A stretch of DNA of 64,000 nucleotides from an uncultured Actinomycetota bacterium. Lineage in GTDB: Bacteria > Actinomycetota > Thermoleophilia > RBG-16-64-13. Location of the stretch: the NCBI GenBank assembly GCA_963790415.1, contig CAWBOK010000003.1, positions 799,273 through 863,272 of the forward strand, in the 5' to 3' direction. The notes under the pieces were generated by a model that saw only the letters and a program-made list of their open reading frames with translations, was not told the origin of the DNA and did no database searches. Positions 8,910 to 18,052 of the stretch are shown here, in pieces (positions within the stretch are counted from its first letter, which is position 1; each line of letters begins with the position of its first letter). The position numbers and the translations under genes were made by a program.

Positions 8910-9526
8910 GATCCACCTCCCTCGGACGGGCCCACGTCGGAGGTCGACGGGAGCGGTGGAGGCGGAGGCGGTGTAAGTGGAGGGGGAGGTGGTGGTGCGG
9001 GCGAGGAGTCATCGAGAGCCACCTGGCCTCCAAGGGCTTTCTCGCTCACCTGCACGAGGCGGGACTCCAGCCCGGGGGCGCCCGCCGCCCCCTTCTTCGC
9101 GCGCAGACCGGGCATGTCCCCGTCGGTGATCGGCGGTACCAGGCCGAGCAGGTTCTCGAGCATGCTGCCAACGAGACCGAACACCGCTCCCCCGATGAAC
9201 GCCATCAGTAGACTGGTCACGTGGAACCGATGGGTGAAGATCACAGACAGGATAAAGAGCATCAGCGAATTGATCACGACAACGACGAACCCATATGAAA
9301 CGAAGAGGAACGGGAGCATCAGGAACTGCACCACGGGCTTCACGAAGGCGTTCAGCAGGCCGAAGGCCGCCGAGATCACCAGCCACGTGAGAATGCGGTA
9401 GTTGCCCATGAAGTAGATCTGGGGAACGACTATCGCCGTGACGGCGAGTGCAACGGCGTTCACGACGAAGCGAAGGAGAAGCGCCCTCCAGTTGAAGTGC
9501 TTGGGAAGAGGCAGGTGGCGTTTCAC
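8906..9526 (-). CDS. Holin superfamily IV (DUF360/YvlD-like) 4-TM membrane protein with Pro-rich tail
   Basis: LLRFVVNAVALAVTAIVVP...LLNAFVKPVVQFLMLPFLFVSYGFVVVVINSLMLF matches the PF04020 pattern. The C-terminus reads APPPPPPLTPPPPPPLP. Confidence 0.75.
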   Translation of the reverse strand: MKRHLPLPKHFNWRALLLRFVVNAVALAVTAIVVPQIYFMGNYRILTWLVISAAFGLLNAFVKPVVQFLMLPFLFVSYGFVVVVINSLMLFILSVIFTHRFHVTSLLMAFIGGAVFGLVGSMLENLLGLVPPITDGDMPGLRAKKGAAGAPGLESRLVQVSEKALGGQVALDDSSPAPPPPPPLTPPPPPPLPSTSDVGPSEGGGS

Positions 9527-9531
9527 AGACC

Positions 9532-10323
9532 CTACTCGCTCATGGTGACGGCGATGGCGTCGTCGGCCGTGCGGAACTCGAGGGTTTTTCCGTGGAGCGA
9601 GTAGGTCTTGGCCGACGCCAGTGCGGCGAGGTACTGCGTCTCCTGGTCCATCAGTTCTTGAGGCCCGGCCATCTTCGTGGTGATGATGGGGCCGATCGCT
9701 ATCGTCCCCTCGGGCGTTGTCGTGTAGTCGGCCGAGTAGGTGTTGACGCCCCCGTTTCCGGCGAGCCTTCCGTCGTCACCGAAGCGTGCCGTCAGGGTGG
9801 CGCCTTCCAGTACCCCGGTGACCGCCTGCGTGCCGGTGTTGTAACCGGTCACGATCCAGTCGCGGCCGGTGATCGTGGCCGTGCTCTTGGCGAACTCGAG
9901 CAGGGTCTTGCCGTCGGAGTCGTAGATGGTCAGCTTGGTGTCGTCGGCGTAGTATGAGGCTGCCTTCTGCATATTGGCCAGGAAGGCCGTCTCGAGCGCC
10001 ATGAGCTCTGGTGGGCCGGCCATCATGGTCGAGGCAAGCGGGCCGATCTTGAGCCCGCCCTTGTCGGCGGCGTCGTAGGGGCCGGTGTACGAGTTGACCA
10101 CTCGGCCGCTTACCTTACCGGCCGCGAACGTGGCGTCGGCGTATGCGTCGGCCGGCGGGGTCTTCATCGCGCCGTCGACGGAGTAGGAGGTCAGCACCCA
10201 GGTGACCCCTTCGAGGGTCCCACCTTTGGGGGTGCTCGAACCGCAGCCGACGAGCGCGACCGTCGCGAGCGCCAGCGCGCACGCGAACGAGGATACGCTT
10301 ACTATCCGCACATATCGTTTCAC
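9532..10323 (-). CDS. Lipoprotein with two META (HslJ-like) domains
   Basis: Lipobox LVGC. Two repeats of W.LTSY...A.F..GKVSG..G.N.Y.G.Y...L.IGP...T.MAGP.ELM..E..FL. Confidence 0.75.
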   Translation of the reverse strand: MKRYVRIVSVSSFACALALATVALVGCGSSTPKGGTLEGVTWVLTSYSVDGAMKTPPADAYADATFAAGKVSGRVVNSYTGPYDAADKGGLKIGPLASTMMAGPPELMALETAFLANMQKAASYYADDTKLTIYDSDGKTLLEFAKSTATITGRDWIVTGYNTGTQAVTGVLEGATLTARFGDDGRLAGNGGVNTYSADYTTTPEGTIAIGPIITTKMAGPQELMDQETQYLAALASAKTYSLHGKTLEFRTADDAIAVTMSE

Positions 10324-10400
10324 CGCGATCTCCTTGTCTCTTCAGGGGTCGGTCTCACGCGTCATACCCAGCTACCTGGCATTCCTACCCTACATCGATG

Positions 10401-12548
10401 TCACTGGGCGACTGCTTGTGGCGCGGGGACGCCCACCACCACCAGCACCGTCGTGCCCGGATCCACCTCGGTCCCGGCGACAGGATCCTGTTCGACGACA
10501 AGGAGGAGCTGGTCACTTGTCACGAACTCGAACGTGGGCTTCAGTTTTGCGTCGCTGAGGGCCTTCAGCGCCGCCGGCACATCGAGACCCACGAGATCCG
10601 GCACCACCGACGTGGCCGTCTCGGACGAGCCCTTGGAGACCTCGAGTGTCACGGTGCTGCCGGAGGCCGCCTGATCGCCGGCGGCGGGCGCCTGGGACGC
10701 CACCAGTCCCGGCTCCACATCGGCGCTGGCCACCCGGGAGACCTTCACAGCGAACCCGCCGGCTTCGAGCGCCCCCGTGGCGTCGGCCTCAGTCAGCCCC
10801 ACGACATCCGGCACCGTGCCGGTCTGCGTGCCCTCGGACACCACGAGTGCGACCTTGGAGCCGGCAGGCAGCGATGTGCCCTGCGCGGGGTCTTGGCTCT
10901 TCACATGACCGGCGGCCACAACAGGGTCGGACACGTATTGGACGTCCCCCACGCTGAGACCCGCGCGCGCCAGTTCGATCGCCGCGTCGGACTCGGTCAG
11001 ACCCGTCACCTTGGGCACCTTCACCTGAGGCGCCGCACCGACCTCCAGGGCGACAGCGCTGCCTCCATCGACCTCGGACCCCGCGTCGGGGGACTGCTTG
11101 CTCACCACACCCGGTGCGACGCTGGTTGACTCCTTCTCGGTCACCTCGCCTACCTTCAGCCCCGCAGCCTCGAGCGTCGCTTTCGCGTCGGACTGGGTCT
11201 GCCCGACCACGTTCGGGACCTTGACGAGTGCAGCGGCGGCTACCACGAGGTCCACGGTGGTGCCTTGGTTGGCCTGCGTGGCGGCGGCGGGCGCCTGTTC
11301 CAAGACCACTCCGGGCTCGGCATCGGCCGTCTGTTTCTGAGTCACCTTGCCGACGGCCAGACCGACGTCCTCGAGGGCCTTCTTGGCTGCAGCCTGGTCG
11401 AGTCCGACCACATCGGGCACCTCGACCAGAGGCACCGCGGCGATCACGATGTCCACCGCGCCGCCTTCATCTGTCTTTGCTTCCGCCGCCGGGTTCTGCG
11501 AGACGACCCGGCCGGGCTCCGCCTCGGCCGCGGGATCCTGGGTCACCTTGCCCACTTTGAGGCCGGCGGCCTCCAGGGCCGTCGTCGCTTCCGCCTGCGG
11601 CATGCCGACCACGTTAGGCACAACCACGCTCGTGCCCTGATTCGCGAGAACGGCGACGATGATGGCGACGGCCACGACGGCCGCCGCCACGACGGCCCAG
11701 ATCCACCGTTTCCCGCCCGCCGGCGGGGGCGCGCTTTGGTTGGATCCCAGAGCCGAAGCCATCTCGGTGGCGGTGGCGTACCGAGAGGCAGGCAGCTTCT
11801 CGAGTGCGCGCAACGTCACCCCGTCTATCGCCGGCGAGACGGCGGGGTTGAGAGAGCTTGGAGGCACGGGCATCCGTGAGCGGTGCGCTTGAGCGACCGC
11901 CATGGCGTCCGGCCCATCGAAGGGAGGTCGGCCCGTTTCCAACTCGTAGAGCACGGCTCCGAGACTGTAGATGTCGCTGGCCCTGGTCGGCTGCGCGCCG
12001 TCGAGTTCTTCCGGGCTGGTGTAGGAGACGTCGGACGCGGATGCTCCCGCGACGGCGACACGCCCCGCGGCAGGAGGGACTCCGACATCGACCAGCTTGA
12101 CCTGGCCCCCGGCGTCGGCCACCAGGTTGCTGGGTCGGATATCGCCGTGGACGATGCCCCGGCTGTGGACTGCGGCGAGACCCTCCGCGGCATCGGCTAC
12201 GTAACCGGCCGCGGTCGTTGTGGTGGCGCCGGACGGCAGCGGTTTCGTGCCCAGATGCGTTCCCGCCACCCACTCGCGCACGACCGCGTAGCCGCCCTCC
12301 ACCAGCCCACGGTCGAGCACGCGGGCCACGTGGGGGTGCTCCAGGCTGACCAGGGCGCCCAATCGTTCCACCGCGGCCCGCGCCTCAGAGTCGCCGGCTT
12401 CGACCACCTTGATGCACACGCTTCTGCCATCGAGGGCGGTCGCTCGGTAGGAGCGCACTGTGCCCTCACCGCGGAATACTTGATCGATCTGATACCTGGA
12501 GAGCAGATCTCCGTCGGCCACGCCGTCCTCCTTGTTGATACGCTGCAC
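10401..12548 (-). CDS. Ser/Thr protein kinase, non-RD type, with one TM and six extracellular PASTA domains (PknB-like)
   Basis: Kinase core has VCIKVV (Lys), IVHGDIRPSN (HGD), DVG and SPE. The TM is WIWAVVAAAVVAVAIIVAVL, followed by six PASTA repeats. Confidence 0.85.
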   Translation of the reverse strand: MQRINKEDGVADGDLLSRYQIDQVFRGEGTVRSYRATALDGRSVCIKVVEAGDSEARAAVERLGALVSLEHPHVARVLDRGLVEGGYAVVREWVAGTHLGTKPLPSGATTTTAAGYVADAAEGLAAVHSRGIVHGDIRPSNLVADAGGQVKLVDVGVPPAAGRVAVAGASASDVSYTSPEELDGAQPTRASDIYSLGAVLYELETGRPPFDGPDAMAVAQAHRSRMPVPPSSLNPAVSPAIDGVTLRALEKLPASRYATATEMASALGSNQSAPPPAGGKRWIWAVVAAAVVAVAIIVAVLANQGTSVVVPNVVGMPQAEATTALEAAGLKVGKVTQDPAAEAEPGRVVSQNPAAEAKTDEGGAVDIVIAAVPLVEVPDVVGLDQAAAKKALEDVGLAVGKVTQKQTADAEPGVVLEQAPAAATQANQGTTVDLVVAAAALVKVPNVVGQTQSDAKATLEAAGLKVGEVTEKESTSVAPGVVSKQSPDAGSEVDGGSAVALEVGAAPQVKVPKVTGLTESDAAIELARAGLSVGDVQYVSDPVVAAGHVKSQDPAQGTSLPAGSKVALVVSEGTQTGTVPDVVGLTEADATGALEAGGFAVKVSRVASADVEPGLVASQAPAAGDQAASGSTVTLEVSKGSSETATSVVPDLVGLDVPAALKALSDAKLKPTFEFVTSDQLLLVVEQDPVAGTEVDPGTTVLVVVGVPAPQAVAQ

Positions 12549-12632
12549 GGTGTGCGGCTCTTCTCGGCGGCGCAGGCGGATCGGCCGGTACCGGAGAGCC
12601 CTCGGTTCTAGAGGTGTTTATCGATTTGATAC

Positions 12633-12659
12633 GATACCAGAATAAGGTTTCCTGGTATC
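12633..12659. promoter_or_regulatory. 8-bp perfect inverted repeat in an AT-rich divergent promoter region
   Basis: GATACCAG-N11-CTGGTATC, between the kinase gene (-) and the radical SAM gene (+). Locally low G+C. Confidence 0.35.
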
Positions 12660-12714
12660 CCTGCCGGATGGCGGAATCATGCGTCTGTTGCAGAGGCAGT
12701 AGACTCAAGGGAGA

Positions 12715-14326
12715 GTGATAGTGGGCGGTAACGGCGACCCCAGATACAAGGGCGGATATCAGCAGATGGGCCTGCGCGTGCGCGGCAGCCGCGTCGCCAT
12801 GGCGGGCCTCGATGTCGGTACGGATATGCTGGCGAGGTATGGGACCACCTTGGCGCGCGTCCCCCCGATCCGCAAGGCCTTGGTGCGGGCGAGCGAATCC
12901 AGCCTTGCCTCTATCCGCGACACCGCCATCGAGCAGGGATTCCGGCCCCCGGGCGTGGACTGGGACCGCTATGACGTAGGCATGTCGCTGCTCCACACCA
13001 TCGTGAAAGTCCTCGAGCGGGACCGGGTGTCTCCCGCTACACGCAAGGCGCTGTTCCGTATCATCGTCCGCAACAACCTGTTCTTGCAGGGGAGTTGGGA
13101 GGCGAAGGAGGCGTTCAAGGCGCGGAACGACTGCTATCCACCCGATATCATGCTGGTGAGCCCCGGCAAGGGCTGCAACCTCAAATGCACCGGCTGCTAC
13201 GCCGATTCGGGAGCCACTCGGGAGAAGCTCCATTGGGACACGTTGACCCGCCTTTTCGACGAAGCCCACGACCTCCTGGGCAATCGGTTGTTCGCGTTCA
13301 GCGGGGGAGAGCCCCTCTCCTATCATTCTGAAGGCAAGGGCGTGCTCGACATCGCCGAGCGCTATCCGGACTCGCTCTTCATCATGTACACGAACGCCAC
13401 GCTCATCGACGACGCTGTGGCCAAGCGCATGGGCGAATTGGGGAACATCACGCCTGCCATCTCGGTGGAAGGCCTGCGCGGGCCCTACGGAAGAGCGGCG
13501 GGGAGAGGGTGTGTTCGACCGGATCCTGGCGGCCATGGAACGGCTGCGTCGGGAGAAAGTGCTCTTCGGGATGTCGCTCACAGCCACGCGCCTGAACTCC
13601 GACGATCTGCTGTCCGACCGGGCGGTGGAGTTCTACTTCGACCGGCATGGCGCAAGCTATGCGTGGATCTTCCACTATATGCCCATCGGCCGCTCCATCA
13701 CGCTCGACCTGATGCCCACCCCGGAGCAGCGCGTCCGGCTCTTGAGGCGGTCCTGGGAGCTTATCCGGAACCGCCGGCTCTTCATCGCCGACTTCTGGAA
13801 CATGGCCACCGTCACCGATGGGTGCATCTCGGCCGGGAGAGAGGGCGGCTACTGGACCGTGGATTGGAACGGCTCCGTGATGCCCTGCGTGTTCTTCCCC
13901 TACGCGGCGGCCAACATCAACGAAGCGTACGCGAACGGAGAGACGATCGAAGACGTCTGGGCGCGTCCGTTCTTCGCGGGCATACGTGAGTGGCAGAAGG
14001 GCAAGGGCTTCCATGGGCCCGACAAGGGCGATGACAGCAACTGGCTCATGCCCTGCCCCATGCGGGACTGCCACGCCGACGGTCGCCGCCTCCTGCTCGA
14101 GCACGAACCGGAGCCCCAGGACGAGAACGCGCGCGAAGCGCTGAACGATCCGGACTATGCCGCCGGGCTCATCGCCTACGACCGCGCTCTGGAGGAGCTC
14201 ACCCGCCCCGTGTGGGAAGACGAATACGTACGCGACCGCGGCCGAACGAACGGCTCGTCGGCATGGGAGGGAGGAGAGAAGGTCCGGCACACATGTCTTG
14301 CAGATTCTACAGAGGAGATCCCGTGA
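12715..14326 (+). pseudogene. Radical SAM protein with ~150-aa N-terminal extension and SPASM/twitch-like C-terminal Cys motif; one frameshift
   Basis: CNLKCTGCYA (CxxxCxxC), FSGGEPL and MYTNATLID motifs. The C-terminus reads DGCISAGREGGYWTVDWNGSVMPCVFFPY. Track ORFs 12715..13989 and 13511..14326 join as ISVEGLRGP/TEERRGEGVFDRIL, with the frame change at GGGCCCT (13480-13487). Confidence 0.75.
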
Positions 14327-14502
14327 TCAGAACGCTGATAGTTGGCATCGTGTTCTTCCTTGTGGCGACATTCCCGGCCACGTGGCTGCTCATGCTGTTC
14401 CTAGGGAACGTGGGGTTGGGCACCGGGTACTGGGGAGTTCTCCCTTTGGGGATCATCGTGTCCGCGTTGCTCTCCGGAGCGGTCTCGTCGACGGCGCGCT
14501 AG
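14323..14502 (+). CDS. Small hydrophobic 2-TM protein (59 aa, hypothetical)
   Basis: The GTG start overlaps the radical SAM stop (CCGTGA), with GAGGAG 7 nt upstream. Sequence VIRTLIVGIVFFLVATFPATWLLMLFLGNVGLGTGYWGVLPLGIIVSALLSGAVSSTAR. No Cys. Confidence 0.5.
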   Translation: MIRTLIVGIVFFLVATFPATWLLMLFLGNVGLGTGYWGVLPLGIIVSALLSGAVSSTAR

Positions 14503-14529
14503 GGCAACGGCACAGGCTACGGAGCATTC

Positions 14530-15411
14530 TTGACGTACGAAGATGTCGAATGGAGGCAGAGGATGGCAAAGGCAGACGCAACACCCAGGGCGCCGCGCAA
14601 GACGAAAGCAGAGAAGGAGTTGAGCAAGGTCGTGGCCGAGACGGAAGCGGCGGCTCAGGACGCGGCCGTGGAAGGTGCGACAACGATGGCCGAAGGGTTG
14701 GATGAGCTCGGCGCGGCAGCGATCGTCGAGGGCGTGAGCGCGGAGGAACTGGCGTTGGGCGCGAGCGACCTCACCCGCGCAGCCGACGCGGCTGTGGTGG
14801 CCGATCGGCTGAGCACGTTGAGCGACGTGGTGGGGAGTGCCGGCGTCGTCGATATCGCCGAGGGAGCGGAGCTGCTGGCCAGCTCGGCCGACATCAAGTC
14901 GATGAGCGCGGTAGTCGGGCTCATGAGTCTCGGCGACCTGGATCGCGGTCTCGAACTGGGAAGGATGTCGGGCGAACTGCGCACTATCAGCGAGGTGGTC
15001 GCCGGATTGCAGATGCCGGTGCTGGCCGCTGTGCTGGGTGATCGCGGTCACCAGCTGCAGCGCATCGCGGCGGATGTGATCGTGCGGGCGGCCGCTACGC
15101 GCAGTCTTGCGCAGGTGTTGGCAGCCACGGGCGTTCAGATCGGTGATCTGGGCGCCATGGAGATCGACGAAGGCGCGATGCGCCTGGCCGCCTCTGACAT
15201 CGCCGCCGAACGTGCCGCGGAGTTGGCGGCCAGCAGCCTCATGCTGGGGCTGCGCGGAACGGAGGAACTGGCGGTGGCCGACGATGCGGCAGCCGTGGCC
15301 CGCGATCTGGCGGCCGCCGGCGTGGGGGATGTCGCCGAGGGCGCGACCGAACTGGGAGCGGCGGCGGCCGTTGCCGGAGTCGTCGCCGCCGTGGAGGAGT
15401 CCGCTAAGTAG
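14530..15411 (+). CDS. Ala-rich acidic repeat protein with basic N-terminus (hypothetical)
   Basis: 293 aa with strong GC3 bias on this strand. The opposite ORF 14401..15465 is an Arg/His/Gly-rich shadow. Recurrent D(V/I)AEGA.EL / LGA...A motifs. Alternative ATG start at 14563. Confidence 0.6.
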   Translation: MTYEDVEWRQRMAKADATPRAPRKTKAEKELSKVVAETEAAAQDAAVEGATTMAEGLDELGAAAIVEGVSAEELALGASDLTRAADAAVVADRLSTLSDVVGSAGVVDIAEGAELLASSADIKSMSAVVGLMSLGDLDRGLELGRMSGELRTISEVVAGLQMPVLAAVLGDRGHQLQRIAADVIVRAAATRSLAQVLAATGVQIGDLGAMEIDEGAMRLAASDIAAERAAELAASSLMLGLRGTEELAVADDAAAVARDLAAAGVGDVAEGATELGAAAAVAGVVAAVEESAK

Positions 15412-15452
15412 GCGGAGTCGGGTTCGCACAAGGTTCACTCTGATGCCTCTGA

Positions 15453-15477
15453 GGGGTTTCGCCACTGCACGAACCCC
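15453..15477. terminator. Weak hairpin at a convergent gene junction
   Basis: GGGGTT(T)CG-N8-CGAACCCC, between the Ala-rich gene (+) and the FUSC gene (-). Confidence 0.3.
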
Positions 15478-15524
15478 CTTGGAGGCACATTCTCATCTGT
15501 AGTCGGTGGGCGGGGAAGTCATCT

Positions 15525-17981
15525 CTACGATGCCACGCCTGCATGGTGCGTCTCTTCGACAGACGCGCCGAGTTCCGCGGCAAGCTGGCTGACTATGCGA
15601 TGGATCCGGATCAGGGCCGATTCGCCGCTGGTCCGAACCTGCGCTCGTAGTTCGCTGCCTGGTTGAGACAGGCCGGCGAGGCGCTCCTGCGCCAGCATCC
15701 AGGATCGCACGGAGATCTCTTGGTCGCTCGGCGTTGCAGTTGGGGTCTGGCTTCTTTCGCCTCTGAGCAGAGGCATGATCGCCTCGATGTCTCGGTGCAC
15801 AAGCGCCCGCGCCGTGCGCATCCAGTCGGCGGCGGCAGCAGCAGAATCGTCCGCCAGGTTGGCATCCTCGAATGCGGCGTGCCCCAAACGCGTGACCTCG
15901 GCCTGCAGCGCGGCGATCCGCGTCCCTTGCTGGGTCAACGGGCTCTGCGCCTGCAGCAACGGATTGTTCTCGAAAGCGACGCCGGGCAATGTCTGCTCGA
16001 CCTGGGCGTAGGTGGCCGCGACCTTCGCCTGCGCAGCGTCAAGGGGCTGCGCGCCCTCCCGGTTGGTCACCGTATCGACAAAGGCGGAGACGTATCCGTC
16101 CACCGCGCCGAGAAAACGGGCGGCGGCCACTTTGAACCGGTCTCCGGCGTGGATCGGAAAGACGAACACGACCACCAACGCCGCGACCAACCCGCCAAGC
16201 AGAGTGGTCGCTGGGCGGGCGACCAGCAGGTCCATCGCCTTGACTCCCAGGCGCGTGTACACCGTGACGAAGCCGACGTTCAGCCAGAAGACCATCCGCG
16301 GGTAGGAGAGCGGTCCCGAATAGACGGTCAAGAAGATGCAGATTGTCGCGAACAAGACGACGAACGCCGTGTTGTCGGGCGTCAGCAGCGCCAGCGCCAC
16401 GCCGACCGTGACTCCGGCCACCGTTCCTGCGACGCGCATCATCATCCTACGTAAGGACTCGCCGGTCGAGCCGGCGATGACCACGAAGGCGGTCCAGAAG
16501 ACCCAGTTGGAATGGTCCACGTTCAAGCAGCCGCGCCACCACCATGGCCAGACCGGTCGCCAAGACGGCTTGGGTGCCCAGCGCCGTCGTCGGGTGCACG
16601 TGCACGTTGCCAAAGAGCCGCATCAGCGGTGGGAGCGGAGGCCTGTCTCGTACTGCGGTGCCGACATCAGCCGGCGGCTCGGTCGGCTGTCCGGCACCTC
16701 GGTGGAGCGTCTCGATCTTCCGCACTTGGTCCACGGACTGCGCTACCTGAACGCTTCCACCTACGAGATGGGATGCGGCAGCCACCCAAGGAGCCGGCGG
16801 AACATCCGTTGTCCCCGGTCTGTCGGCGAGCGCGGCACTCGCGTAGGCCCGCACCTCAGTCTGCAGCGCCGTGCTTTCGGCAGCCAGCGCCTGCATGCTC
16901 TCTTGGCTGCCGGCGATCAGTGCCTCCTGCAACGACCGCAGGCCGCGTCCGAGCGGCGCCCGGATCTCGGTGGGAATGTCGGAAAGGCTCGACCAATCGC
17001 CTACGCCTTCGACCATCCGAGCCAACCCTTGTTCTGCGTTGTACAAGCGCCAACTGCAGTTGACCGATCTGTGCCTGCGTCCAGCCGCCGGGCGCAAGCA
17101 CGCCGGGAAAGTGGCCCTCGATAACGCGGCGACTGAGCCTCACACGACTGAGACGCCGGCGCAGATCTTTGTCGACCCTCGCAGGCTGTTGAAGAGCGAC
17201 GCTTCGCCGCCAGGGCGCGATGGGTAAGCGCGAGACAAGGACGCAGGGAGCGCTCGTAGCAGCGCTACGTGCGCGACCGAGGACGCCGTATCGCGCCGGC
17301 CAGTGCGTTCTGGGGGCCAAGGCTTCGATTTTCAACAGCCGCCTAGCTCCCTCACCCGGTGTCGGTACTTTCTCGAGCGCGACGGCCACGGCGGCGACGG
17401 TGGCGGCAGTGGCGTGATAGAGCGACCGAATACCTTTGCGCAGCGACCGCTGCGGGTCATAGGGCAGAAACACGAACTGCCACAGCCAGAGGCTGACCAC
17501 GCCGATCGCCACGGCGAACACGTACCAGGCCAGGTTGCTCCATCCGACGCCCGAGCCTTCGGCGAAGTACAAGCTCATGGTCAGCACCAGGAGCAACTCG
17601 CCGGGGCGCAGACCGCGCCGCCGCACTACGTATGATGCGAAGATCAGCACCAGCAAGACCGCCGGATAGAACCGGGCGCTCCCTTGCAACAGGCCCGCCA
17701 GCTAGCAGCGCCAGGACCGACATCGCCGTGCTGAGCGCCTGCGTCCACTGCCGCTCGGTGCGCCGAGCATCGACGATGACGAGCGCGTTGATGAAGCAGA
17801 TCGCGACGGCGAACAACCCTACGGCCGGCATCGGTCGATCGGCGAACCATACGATGACCAGATGCGCGGTCAACCAGGCGGTCAGCGCCGCGAGCGCGGC
17901 GCGCGCGCCTTGGTAGCGGCGCAGTGCACCCGGGTCGGCGGCGTCGAGCCGGTCGTCGAACGCGGCCCACCGAGTACTCAT
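15525..17981 (-). pseudogene. FUSC-family (fusaric acid resistance/aromatic acid exporter-like) membrane protein, disrupted
   Basis: Four track ORFs (17457..18242, 16856..17689, 16447..17097, 15525..16613) together form one FUSC-like protein. Frame changes lie near 17689-17698, 17045-17060 and 16521-16533, and there is a 165-bp repeat insertion. The second membrane domain reads NVDHSNWVFWTAFVVIAGSTGESLRRMMMRVAGTVAG. Confidence 0.7.
17182..17346 (+). repeat. Nested-palindrome interspersed element, long form (165 bp), copy 2, inside the FUSC gene
   Basis: About 11 mismatches to copy 1 by manual alignment. It is read through as 55 codons (ARRLLKIEALAPRTHWPARYGVLGRARSAATSAPCVLVSRLPIAPWRRSVALQQP) in the host frame. 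Confidence 0.9.
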
Positions 17982-18052
17982 TCTCACCCCGGTGGCGGCA
18001 ATAGGCGGTCTTGCGTCCCTTCCGGCAAGACTTCCTGAACACGGATCAAAAG

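Noticed and set aside
8906-9526. Prophage inferred from the 'phage holin family IV' domain
   Set aside because: There are no endolysin, terminase, capsid, tail, integrase or att-like features anywhere in the window. The domain occurs in housekeeping membrane proteins.
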